Notes under the pieces: generated by a model
What the model was told of the DNA's origin: nothing
What the model saw: only the letters and a program-made list of their open reading frames with translations
Databases searched by the model: none
In this document: positions 83,899 through 96,748 of the stretch, in pieces
Layout: the number at the start of each line of letters is the position of its first letter
How positions within the stretch are numbered: position 1 is the first letter of the stretch
Translations under genes and position numbers: made by a program
NCBI RefSeq assembly: GCF_000400465.1
Contig: NW_008806280.1
Coordinates: 20,001 to 268,000 of the forward strand
Reading direction: 5' to 3'
DNA: 248,000 bases
DNA from: Wallemia ichthyophaga EXF-994
Taxonomy: Eukaryota > Fungi > Basidiomycota

Positions 83899-85005
83899 AT
83901 GACTTGCACAATCCCAACAAAGGAAATTTTAAAAGAAATTATTTCAAGTTATGAATCTGGGGAGAGTGGAGACGAGAATATATTGGATAAAGTCAACTCC
84001 ATCTTGTTTAGACTATCTGCAACTGCGAATACTTCCGATACACACGAGCATCACAGCGAACTCAGTTTAAATAGGTTGAGATATCTTATAGTCTATTATC
84101 TTCATCCAGAATTCATCTACAGTTCTAAATTTGGCAGTGTGGATTTCAGACAATCGAATCTATCGAAATGCCTCAATCTATACACTCAATTCACAGAATT
84201 GTTAGATTCAATTGGTTTTGATGGTATCACTATACACGGTGACTCCAAAGATCCTTCCACTCAGCGTGATTTAAAGATTCAGCGTTTTAAACAGCACAAA
84301 CGGTTGGAATCTGAGGTTTTGGAGTATAAAGAGTTGTTAGAAGATAAGCCTGATAGTGGCTTGTTTCATACCACCTTTAATTCATCTTCTCCCGCTCAGT
84401 CCACCAACCACAAGGACAGTGACGACGACGACGATGACGACGACGATATCCTCCGCGAATACCTCATCAGACTCCTTAAATACCTCTATTCGCTATCGCA
84501 ATCTCAAATCCATTCTATCCATGCTGAATTAGACCTCCTCAGCAACGTCAACAGCAACAGCACAACCGACACACGCACACGCACACAAACCCCTGCAAAC
84601 GATTCGACATGGAGATTGGACAGTGCAGTTAATGCACCCGCCAACAACCTCCTCGACAAAGAAGGCAGACCTACGCGACCATTCACGATAATGCCGCGCG
84701 GTACACACACTACACGACAGCAGATGGCAGATGGCGTGTTTCAACCCAGCCACCGTCTTCCTACAATGACCATTGACGAGTATCTCCAAGACGAGCAGGC
84801 TCGGGGGAATGTTATACAGGGGGGTGGACCTGCGAGTGAGAATCAACCAACTAGCAAGGAACAGCTCCAGCTAGACACTGAGCTCGATGGCACTCTCTTT
84901 GCTCAGCGTGCTCAGGATCAGCAGCGCGCTGACACGGAGAATTGGGCAAGGTATACCGAGGAGGTGGAGAAGGGAAGTGGCAATACTATGGCCAATAATG
85001 GGTAG
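83899..85005 (+). CDS. TAP42: PP2A-associated Tap42/alpha4
   Basis: RDLKIQRFK; RPFTI; HRLPTMTIDEYL; KGSGNTMANNG. Confidence 0.88.
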   Translation: MTCTIPTKEILKEIISSYESGESGDENILDKVNSILFRLSATANTSDTHEHHSELSLNRLRYLIVYYLHPEFIYSSKFGSVDFRQSNLSKCLNLYTQFTELLDSIGFDGITIHGDSKDPSTQRDLKIQRFKQHKRLESEVLEYKELLEDKPDSGLFHTTFNSSSPAQSTNHKDSDDDDDDDDDILREYLIRLLKYLYSLSQSQIHSIHAELDLLSNVNSNSTTDTRTRTQTPANDSTWRLDSAVNAPANNLLDKEGRPTRPFTIMPRGTHTTRQQMADGVFQPSHRLPTMTIDEYLQDEQARGNVIQGGGPASENQPTSKEQLQLDTELDGTLFAQRAQDQQRADTENWARYTEEVEKGSGNTMANNG

Positions 85006-85231
85006 AAGAAGTTATTTATAATGGACAATCGATCATCGATCATTAGTGTATCGTTTGTGTGCTTTGTGCAATTGAAAATCTTTCATCGAGTTGAGTGCAG
85101 TGCAGTATGAGTTGGCACTCAGTCTCAGTCTCAGTCTCAGTCTCAGTTTTTATCTGTATGTTGTAGACTTGCTGCTCAAAATGCCTCGCAAATGGTAAAA
85201 TCCACTCTATTCTCTGTCTCAAACGATTCAT

Positions 85232-85570
85232 ATGTCAGAAACGCTGCACAACGAACTGTTACTTGCATTGAGTGAACAGTATAACCAGTCTCTAATATCC
85301 TCCTACACACCGATCGATACATGCACAGCGACAGTCGAGCTACTCGAGGGTGTCCAAGTGCGTGTACACATAACCCAATTTGGATATAGCCTGGGGGGCG
85401 GTGGTAGTAGTATTGGCAGTGATAGCAGCAGAAGCAGTAACACCAACACTACCAATCAATCAGAAGACTTAGAAGGCCTCTTACGCGGATGCAGTCCAGC
85501 ATTCAACCAACGCACCACAGCAATTCTGTTGGATAAACTCGATAAATTGGCTAAAGTACAACATAAATAA
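85232..85570 (+). CDS. GSKIP (DUF727)-like protein
   Basis: VELLEG...ITQFGY; LE.LL...SPAF. Confidence 0.6.
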   Translation: MSETLHNELLLALSEQYNQSLISSYTPIDTCTATVELLEGVQVRVHITQFGYSLGGGGSSIGSDSSRSSNTNTTNQSEDLEGLLRGCSPAFNQRTTAILLDKLDKLAKVQHK

Positions 85571-85598
85571 AAAGCTTTCAAGTCATCACGTTATCAGG

Positions 85599-86506
85599 TC
85601 AAAATCCACCCAGCTCCCTCTCTAGCTCTGCCAATGCTTCGTTCTCCAGTGCATCCCTGTCTGCGTCCATCCCGCCCAGTTCATCATCTGGCGGTATGTC
85701 GTCTGGAATGTCATCGTGCGTGTCAGCCTTGTTACGCGGTGGCGGTGGCGGTGGTGATCGCGGTGGCGATGGCGATCTAAATAGGGCATCTTGTTGGTGC
85801 TTCTCTGATGCATTCTCATTGTCGTGTACCTTGTCGTGATCGTTCTCTCCCTCCCGCTCCAGCTCCACACCATCCACACCACCGACACCACCGACACCAC
85901 CGACACCCATTTCACCCCTTCTCAAAGCATCCTTCCACCCCTTTAAAGCAGCCTCCATACGACGCTGATGGCAAATCTTCTCCGTGCGTTCTACGACATC
86001 GCCGAACTGCAATTTAGGGAAAAGTTTATGTGTCCAAAGGTGGTATCTGGCGAGCAGCCTACGCAAATCGGCCCATTCGTGCCCCTTACCTGCGAATTTC
86101 CAGTGAGCGCTATCGTGCATGAGCGCAGGTAAACCGTGTGTGCCGAGGAGTCTGTTCGTTGGTGAGTGAGTCACTCAGACAGTACTCCCACTCCCACTCA
86201 CCTCTCTGCATCTATCTTGGCCACCACGCGTCTAGGTTTGCCTTGAACCGCGCCGTCGTCGTCGTCTTCTCCCCCGGCCGGCTGCTTGGCTGTGGCGAGG
86301 TCGTCGCCTATCGACTCGAATATATCGTCGACTGTTTGCTTGTGTGCGCTGTGGTCGTCGTGTGCTCTTTCATCCTCTCGATCGTTATCCACCTGTGTAT
86401 GCGTGCGCTTACGCGTGCTCGCCGGCGCAACAACGCGCTCCTCGGACATTTCGCGTGCAGGTCTGCGAGTCAGGTTAGGCGGTGCGTCAAAGTCGATGAA
86501 AGACAT
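85599..86506 (-). CDS. CSM3: Fork protection complex subunit Swi3/Tipin
   Basis: KIDAERLLG..GLP; Y.LWTHKLFPK. Confidence 0.88.
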
Positions 86507-86565
86507 GATCGTGTGTGTAGTGTGTAGTGTGTTGGGAGTGAACGGTGAACACACCACGCACACCA

Positions 86566-87132
86566 ATGAACACGGCGAAACTCAAGCAATTCGGTGAAGA
86601 GCAGTGGCGCGGGAAGGGCGACAAGATAAATGCGGAGCTTTTCGTGATGACTTATGGGGCACTGGTGAAGCAGCTGTGGGAGGACTACGAGGATATTGGC
86701 GCGGTTAATAGCGCACTGGATCGAATGGGATATGGAATTGGTGTGCGTCTGATTGAGGAGTTTCTCGCAAAACATAGCCCGGGTTTGGCTAAATGTAGGG
86801 TCTTCGCTGAGACAGCTGACGTTGTGGCTAGCGTGGGGTTCAAGGTCTTCCTGAATGCTAGCGTTGGAGTGTCGCATATCACCCACGATGAATACTCGCT
86901 CACTCTTCTCGATAATCCGCTTAATCAGTTCGTTGCCCTCCCCGATTCAGCTGTCGAGAAAGGCCTCCTTTACAGCAACATACTCGCAGGTTGCGTTCGA
87001 GGTGCGCTTGAAATGGTTAATATGCACACCGCTGTTACTTTCACAGAGGATGAACTACTCGGCCACCAACACACCACTATCAACGTTAAATTACTCAATT
87101 ATATCGATGAACATGTACCAGATGATGAATAA
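86566..87132 (+). CDS. BET3: TRAPP subunit
   Basis: ELFVMTYGALV; MGYGIGVRLIEEFLAK; LYSNILAG. Confidence 0.93.
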   Translation: MNTAKLKQFGEEQWRGKGDKINAELFVMTYGALVKQLWEDYEDIGAVNSALDRMGYGIGVRLIEEFLAKHSPGLAKCRVFAETADVVASVGFKVFLNASVGVSHITHDEYSLTLLDNPLNQFVALPDSAVEKGLLYSNILAGCVRGALEMVNMHTAVTFTEDELLGHQHTTINVKLLNYIDEHVPDDE

Positions 87133-87204
87133 ATGAATAAATGAATAAATGAATATAGAAATGAATTTATACCTTGGATATAAGATTGGATATATGGTTT
87201 GCAT

Positions 87205-87500
87205 TTAAACAACCACACAACATCCACCGCCTTGTGGTGCGTATGGGTCTTCTTTCTTATCGACAGGGCCCCAGACAGAGGGGATCTGAGGGGAGTGTGT
87301 TAGTGTGACTGTCATGAACTACAGCCTCCATAACTTACCAAATAATCCTTGGTGGAATTACAAAACCTAATTAATCCCTGACTCGCTTCGCTGACATTGA
87401 TCCGTGGACGCGCATAATCATCTTTAAGTCTCTGGTTGTGTTCGTTGAGGCGTCTAAGCTTTAATTCGCTCATACTTTGCTTGTGAGGTCTGCCTGTCAT
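87205..87500 (-). CDS. STE18: Heterotrimeric G-protein gamma subunit
   Basis: [15 protein letters not shown]; second exon SVWGPV...GCCVVV (CAAX). Confidence 0.9.
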
Positions 87501-87584
87501 GACTTGATCACTCGAGTATTTAGGTGGCTCGTGGTGGCTGTTGTAATGAAACCAACGTGTATTCGAATACATTTGTCTAGACGC

Positions 87585-88388
87585 TTACATCTTCTTATAA
87601 GCCTTGTAGAGCATGCCACTCAACTCGGTCTGCTCAACTTCTTTCACTTTGCGCTCTCTCTTGAGCAACGCCTTTACCTCAGCCAACTCATCACGTAGAC
87701 TAGCAATGGTATTGTGCAACGAGGCTATTTCATTAACCTGTTTGCTGAAATGGTCAACGAGTATTTCTTCGCTGCTGTTGCGTCTGCGAGTGGGTTGAGC
87801 GGGTTTAGTGGGTTTTGTTGGGGTATTGATAGCATCAAAGAAATCTGATGAGTTTGATGGATTAGGAGAGTGCCTTAAGTGCCTTGATTGGTGTGTTTTT
87901 CTTGCCTTCTTTGGTGGCTGTGGCTGTAGCTGTGGCTGTGATGTGGACTGGCTATTGAGACATTTGGTGGGTGTGGCTGGAATATCCCACTCGCTTTGAT
88001 GTTTTCTTTTGTTTGTGCGTTGACCACCATCTACAATACTACCTCCCCCACTCGGGATATCAAACTCGGCGAGAACGTCGTCGTTGGTGTTAGTTGACCA
88101 GCTGCCCTTATTGTATTGATCATTTGCCATGATACAAGCTTGAATTATGTGTCTGCGGTTTGTTGTGCTCTGTACCTCGTCCAAGTGGCTATCAACGCAT
88201 TTCTCGAAATCAGCGAGCCAAAAGAAATACTGGCAATTGTCACTATCGCCAATTGAGCACCTATAAAACAACTCCTGTGGATGCCTTTGTGTATTGGCTC
88301 TAAGGAGAAGTACACGCTTATCGTGATTACAGAGCGGCCAACCGAGTTTATCTGTATGATTTATAGCCTGTAGCAATTTAATAGCCAT
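87585..88388 (-). CDS. GRF-type zinc finger protein
   Basis: C.H...FY.C...C..F.W pattern plus C-terminal coiled coil. Confidence 0.7.
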   Translation of the reverse strand: MAIKLLQAINHTDKLGWPLCNHDKRVLLLRANTQRHPQELFYRCSIGDSDNCQYFFWLADFEKCVDSHLDEVQSTTNRRHIIQACIMANDQYNKGSWSTNTNDDVLAEFDIPSGGGSIVDGGQRTNKRKHQSEWDIPATPTKCLNSQSTSQPQLQPQPPKKARKTHQSRHLRHSPNPSNSSDFFDAINTPTKPTKPAQPTRRRNSSEEILVDHFSKQVNEIASLHNTIASLRDELAEVKALLKRERKVKEVEQTELSGMLYKAYKKM

Positions 88389-88455
88389 GAATGAATATTT
88401 TAAGTATCCCGGTTATCATCGCTGTTGGCTGCCAACCACCAGCACCAACACCACC

Positions 88456-88893
88456 ATGGAAGCAGCCAGCCATACACGCAAGCAGCGTCTGGAAGCCTTG
88501 AATAATAGAACACACGGCACCGGCGAGCACATAGTTAAATTCAGAAACTACGATCCAACGAGTAGAGAGGTAAAGAAGGGCGATAACAGCCAGACCTCCG
88601 TCGACACAGTCGAATCCGCTGTCACTGGTTTAGTTGATTCTATCCTCGATAAAGATGAGGAGCTGCGTAATGAGGATTTGGATATCTTCAATATCGCACC
88701 AAAGAGACCAAACTGGGATATGAGGAGGCAATTGACCAATAAGATGTCTCTATTGAATAAGGCTGATCAGCTAGCTATCAATACACTGTTACGCAATAGA
88801 CTTTCTAATCCCAACGACAATAACGTAAACAACGGTGCTGCTTTAGCCAGTGCCTCAAACAAACTCATCCATTACTCAGACCAAGATGATTGA
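88456..88893 (+). CDS. Cwf18-family splicing factor
   Basis: FRNYDP; IAPKRPNWD. Confidence 0.85.
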   Translation: MEAASHTRKQRLEALNNRTHGTGEHIVKFRNYDPTSREVKKGDNSQTSVDTVESAVTGLVDSILDKDEELRNEDLDIFNIAPKRPNWDMRRQLTNKMSLLNKADQLAINTLLRNRLSNPNDNNVNNGAALASASNKLIHYSDQDD

Positions 88894-88935
88894 TACGCGC
88901 ATTCTAACAATTCTAGCAATATATTTATTCTTTAC

Positions 88936-91314
88936 TTACATAGCCTGTCGACGTGACGTCATTTCTATCGACTGTATCACATCACCTGCTTTCATATCCT
89001 GAAAGTTTTCAAATCCCAATCCACACTCTAATCCTTTACCTGCGTGGTTGATATCCTTCTTGTGATGTTTGAAAGTATCCAATCTACCCGTATACACTGT
89101 CTCACCACCTCTGATCACTCTCACACTCCCCTGTCTTGTGATATTTCCATTCCCTACTCTGACTCCAGCCACCCGCTTGAATGTACGACCTTTGACGTTG
89201 ATATCGAACAACTCCACCACGCTAGCCTCACCCAGTACTCTCATTTCCGTTATCGGTGGGAGTAGTTCACTGACGCGTACCTTCATTTGATCTAGCAATC
89301 GGTATATTACCCCATCCACCGTCAGCTGTACATTCGACATGGCTGCTGTGTTCATTATACTGCGTGTGGCTTTAACGTTGAATCCTACGATAGATGCTGA
89401 TGTGTGTGTTAACATTTCTACCTCGTTTCAATGACGCTAGCGATAACAATAACGCTAACACTCCAACCCACCTTCACCTGCCACTGCTCGCGTTATATCC
89501 GAATCACTTATATCACCCACCCCACTCGCAACGACTTTGACACGCGCGTGTTCGTTGCCGATATCTTCCAACGCCGCTACGAATGCCTCCACTGTGCCGC
89601 TGACGTCACCCTTGACAACGACATTGAGGTATTTAGTGGGTGTTTGTGCAGTATCTTGGGCGTTCTCCGCGTTATCATCGTGGCTAATTCCATGGGTGGT
89701 TTCGTTAGCATTCTCTCTCAGCTCACGATGAGCGAGGCGCTTATCGTTGATAACCTCGAGCTCGGCCATAGTTTTGAGGCGGTGCATAGCATCCACACGA
89801 TTAGATACAGCCCGTTTAGCCTCATCTTCGCCGGTAGCTTCGAGGACCTCATCGCCCGCTTTAGGCAGGTCCTTCCACCCAGCGACGACAACGGGAAGGC
89901 CAACCTGAGCGCTCTTGACAGTTTCCCTCTTATCGCTCTCCATCTGTCTCACTTTACACCACGTCGCGCCACCCACAACGCACGCGCCTGCTTGGAGTAC
90001 GCCACGCGTGACGAGCACAGTAGCGAGATTACCCCGCCCTTTATCGACGCGGCTCTCCAACACCACACCGTGAGCGCGGCCCGTCATCTCCGAACGCAAA
90101 TCCTGCATTTCGCTCAGTGCGGCAATCGTATCAGTCAGCTCGGCCATTCCACGCCCACTGCGAGCTGATACTAACACGGCTGGCGTCTCGCCACCGAACT
90201 CCTCCAGCGTGACTCCATTCGCGAGGAGATCATACTTGATCGCTGTCGTATCTACACCTGCCTTGTCGCATTTGGTGATGGCTACGATCACACCGAGGTT
90301 GGAGCGCGTGCATAACTCAATCACCTCCTTTGTCTGCGGCATCACTCCGTCGTCCGCGGCTACCACAACCACCGCTATGTCCGTCACACTCGCACCGCGT
90401 GCGCGCATGTTTGTAAAAGCTGCATGGCCAGGTGTATCGAGGAAAGTGATGCTGTTGGGTGAGTCTGTTGTCGGTGTGGTGGTGCTGCCACTACTGCCGC
90501 TGCTGTTCGTGTTGGTGCTCAAGCTCGACACAGCCACGGAAAAGGCACCTATGTGCTGGGTAATGCCACCCGCTTCCGAGGGTGCAACAGCTGCAGATCT
90601 GAGCCTATCGAGCAGGGTAGTCTTGCCGTGATCTACGTGACCCATAATAGTGACGACGGGTGGACGCAGAGGGAGAGAGTCGGGTTCAGAATGTGGTGGG
90701 GAAGGGTACAGGTCGAATGCCCTCTCCTCATTCTGCACAGGTTCCAAACCACACTCCATAGCGAGGAGAGACGCGTCTTCAGATACGAGCACCCTGTCGT
90801 ATTGCATATTGTCCAGCCCGGAATGTATCATTATCCGCTGTAGCTTGTCGAGGCGCATGTTGAATAGCCTGCTTAGGTTCGCTACGGATATGAATGCTGG
90901 GATGAATACTTGACGTTTGGCGGGTGCTGGTGCTTTATTGGGTGGTTTGGATGTGTTCTTCTTCTCCTTGGACTTGGTCGGCGCGTGTGCTGCCTGCTTC
91001 GACTTTGTCTTCTTCCAAGCCGATGGGTCTACATCGCCACTCAGCAGCGAACTCCTGCCGGATTTCTTCTTGTTCGCTGGTATTGGTTGGGTTTTGGTTT
91101 GTGGAGAGGTGGTATTGGGATTGCTAGTGGGATTACTAGTAGGATTACTAGTAGCCTTGCGAGTGTCCTTGCCATTGGCCTTGCTTGTAACCTCAGGAAC
91201 TTTGAAATCAACCGGCCTAGCCCATTTATTGTGGAAAATAGAAGCTGTGTTTATATTTCTATGGCTATTTACCAGCACTCTCCTTCGCAGCACCCACATG
91301 ACGGTCACAGACAA
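88936..91314 (-). CDS. IFM1: Mitochondrial initiation factor IF2
   Basis: MGHVDHGKTT, GGITQHIGAF, DTPGH. Confidence 0.93.
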
Positions 91315-91329
91315 AGAGATTAAATTTAC

Positions 91330-92809
91330 ACTTAAGACATTGTAACATCTACAATTATCGTAGCCAAACCGAGTATTATCTCAACCACTATCAGCCATAT
91401 CACGATCCTCTCGAGTCCTTCTGAGTGTCTGCTATACACGCTCTCTTTGAGCAGCCTGAGCAGATCCTGGAGAACTACAACACGCGTTATTTTGGTTATA
91501 CTTGTTGATATATATATTCACCCACCTTCCACTCGCGCATTCAACAGATCTATCCTCTGCCTCACCTCCAGATACTGCCTGAACGCAAGGTACAGCGGCT
91601 CTAGATCGGGATATGTCCAGAACAGCTCTGGACTATCCAAAACTGATCCAACCACGTTGATATTCATCCGCAGTATGAATAATTGTCCCTGTATTCTCAC
91701 TTAGTATTCCCTCATGAAAATATTCAAAACACCCTCACTATCTGCATCATTATCACTTTCCTAGGCATACCTATCTTTCCCGACGCTGCAATGTCCTGTG
91801 GTATATCCTTTGTCTGTTCAATTGTCGCCGATATCAGTTCCTCGAAGAGTGATATTTTCACGCTCTGTGCTAGTGCATGAGACAGTGCCAATTTGGTCCT
91901 ACAGATTGTTAAAAGGTTTATTTAGCAACTTGAGACCCACATAAATGATGATCCACGTAGCAAGGCAATCACATCATGGAAAATACGCGTATAATCGGCG
92001 TAGTAGAAGTTGAGATCCTCCATCTCGACATCCTCAGCAGCCAGTTTATCCACCTCGAAGCGTTTCAGCATAGAAAGTACTCGCCTCTCCATCGCCTCCT
92101 CCATGCCCCACATGACGACGACGCCCGTCTCGGAAAAGAAGAAGACGTCTGGGGTGTGTGCGCCGAGTTGGAAGCGCTGATAACGCGATGTTTTCCGATC
92201 GACGAGTTCTGGCACGCCGAGCAAGTCGGCTTCTGCGTCAGTGTGTGAGTGTGAGTGCGTGCTTGCGTTTGCGTGGGTGTGAGGCACGTAAGGCGTGTAA
92301 ATCACGTCATCGAACACTCTGGGATCGGTAGCGTGAGTGTATCGTCTAGATTCGAGATGTTTGAGTAGTTCTGGCTGACGATATGAGCTAGCAGTGCAAT
92401 AAGCCGTGACGCCTGCATTGGGATATTGTGAGCAAAGATGCGCAACTCTCTCCACCATATTCTACGTACGCGGCAACCTCTCTTTCTCCTTCTTGGTGAG
92501 CAGTCTCGCGTCTTTGCGCGGTGCACCTGCAGGTATCCTCGCTATCTGCTGGTAGACCTCGGGGGCAGGCGTGGCCAAGTCGTCGTCATCGTAGTTGTCC
92601 TCCTCCTCGTCATCCTCCTCATCGTCGTCGTCGTTGTCCTCCGAGTGCCTCTCGCCGTGTCCTGCCCCGCCCAGCTTCAACGACGGCTCCTCGGGCAGCA
92701 CTTTAAGCTTCTGCGACGCTTTCGTCGTCCGCTTCGCCCGCGCTTCCTGGGTCTTGGCGCCAGAGAAATGCTGGGGAAGACTTAGCTTGCGTGTGTTTGT
92801 CGGTGCCAT
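91330..92809 (-). CDS. RMD1: Rmd1/DUF155-family protein
   Basis: VTAYCTASSY; GVVVMWG; 3' end approximate. Confidence 0.82.
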
Positions 92810-92847
92810 TTTGCGTTGGTGGTGATGGTGGTTGCGTCAGAACAACG

Positions 92848-94045
92848 ATGAGCGGATTATCGAGGATTCCACTGGAAAATCAACCACACGACTGCGTATT
92901 CTCGCCCAACTCGGATAACGTCTACGTCGGTCTCCTCACTGGGGAAATCAAGGGGTTCAGCTATACGGAACAAGGTTACGAGAGGAAACTGCGAGTGAGG
93001 CCGAGCAAGAAAAGCTGTCGTGGATTGGATGTGAGTGGAGACGGGAACACGCTCTACGCAGTCTCTAAGGATGGGTCGATGAGGTGGGTGTGTGTCGGTG
93101 GAAGCGAGAAGACACGACTTACACCGGCATTTCAGTCACATAGACGCAATCACCGGACAGACAGCCGCACACACGCAGAAGGCACACGGCGAGCCCATCA
93201 GTAGGGTCAAACTGACCATGCCAAACCTCCTCGCTACTGGCGACGACGAAGGCGTAGTGAAGCTATGGGACACGCGCAAACCCGAGCCACTGCGAGCATA
93301 CACGCACCACTTCGACTATATCTCAGATTTCCACTATGAAGATGCTGATAGAAAACTACTCTCTTCTTCAGCTGATGGAACACTGAGCGTTATTGACGTG
93401 CGCAATAACAAACCAGAGCCTGTGGGGCATAGCGAGGATCAGGAGGATGAGCTGCTCTCTATTGCCCCACTCGCAGGTACATCCAAGTACGCCGTCGGTA
93501 CACAGCTGGGTGTCCTCTCCATATTTAATAGCAAGCAGGGCTGGGGAGACTGTGTGGATCGGATACCAGGTCATCCTCAGTCTATTGACGCTCTCGTTAG
93601 CTTGGGCCAGTCTATTCTTGCTACTGGCTCGTCTGATGGTCTAATTCGCGTCATGAGCGTCTTGCCAACCAAATTCATGGGCGTTATTGGCGATCATGGA
93701 GAGTTTCCAATCGAGAGAATGAAACTTAGCGGCGATGGCAAGTGGCTCGCGTCCATGTCGCATAATGAAGAACTCATGATGACTAGAGTCGATGATATGT
93801 TTGAGGATAGCGATGGTGAGGATGACAAGGAGGATATGGAGGGAGTAGAGGGTGTTCAGAGTGGTGAAGATGCTGAAGATGCTGAGGATGCTGAGAACAC
93901 AGCCACCGCTACAGCCACCGCACCAGACTCAGACTCAGATTCAGACTCAGACACCCCACAACAACCACAGCCGATCAAGAAGAGCAAGAAGAGCAAGCAG
94001 AATAAGCAATTTATACAAGATGAAGACTTTTTCGATGGATTGTAA
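92848..94045 (+). CDS. JIP5: WD40 ribosome biogenesis protein (WDR55)
   Basis: ATGDDEGVVKLWD; SEDQEDELL. Confidence 0.85.
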
Positions 94046-94080
94046 ATTTTCACTCTGTATCAGATGTATTATTGAGAAAT

Positions 94081-94176
94081 ACGCGTAGAAATGGACATAT
94101 AAATGCACATACACATAGTACATGGAGTGACGCGTCTTTAATACAGATTCTTTTGATAGCTCATCTCACCACGCGT
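94081..94176. promoter_or_regulatory. Three MCB (ACGCGT) boxes upstream of MCM7
   Basis: ACGCGT at 94081, 94130, 94171. Confidence 0.6.
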
Positions 94177-94209
94177 CTCGCGAATACCATCATCATCACC
94201 GATAACGCC

Positions 94210-96644
94210 ATGGCAACGAACCAGCCACAGATAAACATAAGCTATGATGATGAACAGAGTGAGTATGGCGTGTGTGTTATATCCCCTCTTATCACTGTCC
94301 CCAGATAAGGCAGAGGATTTCCTTGGGAAGCACAAAGCAAATGAGCGCGAGCAATCTGACGCGACGCTATTGGCTGGGATGGAAGATGTGAACATGTATG
94401 GTTCAAGCACAGCCAATCCGGGCAATCCACCCAGCGGTCTCAAATACATGGATCAGCTCGTGCGTCTTGGGCGTACACGCGCACCACTCTAACACACCCA
94501 CAGCAACGGATTTCAAACAGACTACAAGAGGAGCTCGTCATTGATCTTGAGGACGTGGCTAGTGTGAGTATTCGCCTTTCACCGCCCGCTCCACTCACTC
94601 TCAGCAGCACCAAGGCGGCCCCAGCCTCGTACATAGCATCACAAACAACACGCGCCGCTACATTGACATTTTCAGTAAAGCGGTCGACAAGCTTATGCCG
94701 CAGCCTACGCTCGACATTTCCAGCAAAGACGACGTTCTCGACACTATCGCCCACCAGCGTCGCCAGAAGCAGTCGGAGAATGAAGAATCTGGCATGCAGG
94801 GTTTCCCTGAGCAGATTATGCGTCGCTACAACCTCTACTTCAAGCCACGCAACGCTGCCCCTCTTCTCGCCGTGCGCACCATCCGCGGTGCAGACGTCGG
94901 TAAATTGGTAACCGTTAAGGCGATAGTGACGCGCGTATCGGAAGTGAAGCCATGCCTCAAGTTCAACGCATACACCTGCGACGCGTGTGGACATGAGATT
95001 TTCCAAGAAATCACCTCGAGACAATTCACTCCGATCACCGACTGTGTGTCTTCTGACTGCCAGATCAACCAGACGAAGGGATCGCTACATCAACAAACAC
95101 GTGCATGTCGCTTCATGGCGTTCCAAGAAGTCAAGGTGCAGGAAATGGCAGAACAGGTCCCTGTCGGACATATACCGCGCACAATGACCATTCATATGTA
95201 TGGGAATCTCGCTCGCACCGTTAATCCAGGTGACGTTTGCCATATCGCTGGTATTTTCCTTCCTCAGCCTTACACAGGCTTTAGGGCTATACGCGCTGGT
95301 CTCCTCCAAGACACTTACCTCGAGGCGCAGTATGTCCACCAGCTCAAAAAGCAGTACGACGAAATGGAATTGACCCCCGAGATCGAGGAAAAGATTGCTG
95401 AACTCACCCAGGATCCTTCCCTCTATTCCAAGCTTGCCAATTCGATAGCTCCAGAAATATACGGCCACGACGACGTAAAAAAAGCTCTGCTCTTGCTGCT
95501 CGTTGGTGGTGTAACTAAGGGGATGGGAGACGGGATGAAAATACGTGGAGACATTAATGTGTGTCTGATGGGTGATCCAGGTGTAGCCAAGTCGCAGCTC
95601 CTCAAGTACATATCCAAGATAGCACCTCGCGGGGTGTACACAACGGGACGCGGTTCCTCTGGAGTAGGATTGACAGCGGCGGTGATGCGCGACCCCGTCA
95701 CCGACGAGATGGTTCTTGAAGGCGGTGCACTCGTCCTAGCCGACAATGGTATCTGCTGCATCGATGAGTTCGACAAGATGGAAGAGATGGATCGTACAGC
95801 CATCCACGAAGTGATGGAGCAACAAACTATATCTATCTCAAAAGCAGGCATCACGACTACCCTTAACGCCCGCACATCAATCCTCGCAGCTGCCAACCCA
95901 CTCCTCGGACGTTACAACCCCAAGATATCCCCCGTAGACAACATCAACTTGCCCGCTGCACTGCTATCGCGTTTCGACATACTCTTCCTCATGCTCGACT
96001 CACCCAGTCGCGAGGCGGACGAGCGACTCGCGCAGCATGTCACCTACGTGCACATGCACAACCAGCATCCACAAATAGAACATGAGCCTGTAGATCCGGT
96101 GATAATGAGGCATTACATCGCTCTCGCTCGTCAGAAACGTCCTGTCGTACCCCAGGCGGTGGCTGAGTATCTCACCGGCACTTACGTTCAGTTGCGCAAG
96201 GCGCAGAAGGAGGATGAGTCCGGTTTTACTTACACCTCAGCACGTACCCTCCTTGGCGTTCTTCGTCTCTCACAGGCCCTCGCTAGGTTGCGCTTTGCTG
96301 ACGTCGTTGAGCCCGCTGATGTGGACGAGGCGCTTCGTTTACTAGACGTTTCCAAAGCCTCCCTTTACGATAGTAAGGATGGAAATCGTGCAGAGAATGA
96401 TATGTCGGCTACTTCTAAAATCTGGCGCATTATTCGCGATCTTAGACGCATTAATGCCGCTGGTAGAGAGGGCGATGGTGACGATGACCTCCTTCAACTT
96501 AATCTCCGCCAGGTTAGAGATAGAGTGCTAGCTAAGGGCTTTACAGAGGATGCGCTTATGGATACTATCAACGAGTATGAACGTCTCGATATCATTCAAA
96601 GAGTCGCTGGCGGTACTCAGATACGCTTCGTCGATGAATTGTAG
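94210..96644 (+). CDS. MCM7: MCM helicase subunit 7
   Basis: [29 protein letters not shown]. Confidence 0.95.
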
Positions 96645-96748
96645 GAGCGCTTTGCTTCGGTGTTGTTGTAGTCATAGTTCTTGTCACAGTCACTCTGATT
96701 CGTCCAATGTAATATAAGTTATATAAATTAATCAAATTAATCTTATGT

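Noticed and set aside
85119-85146. (AGTCTC)n and similar microsatellites and poly-Q/E/D runs
   Set aside because: Ordinary simple-sequence or low-complexity repeats; not telomeric.
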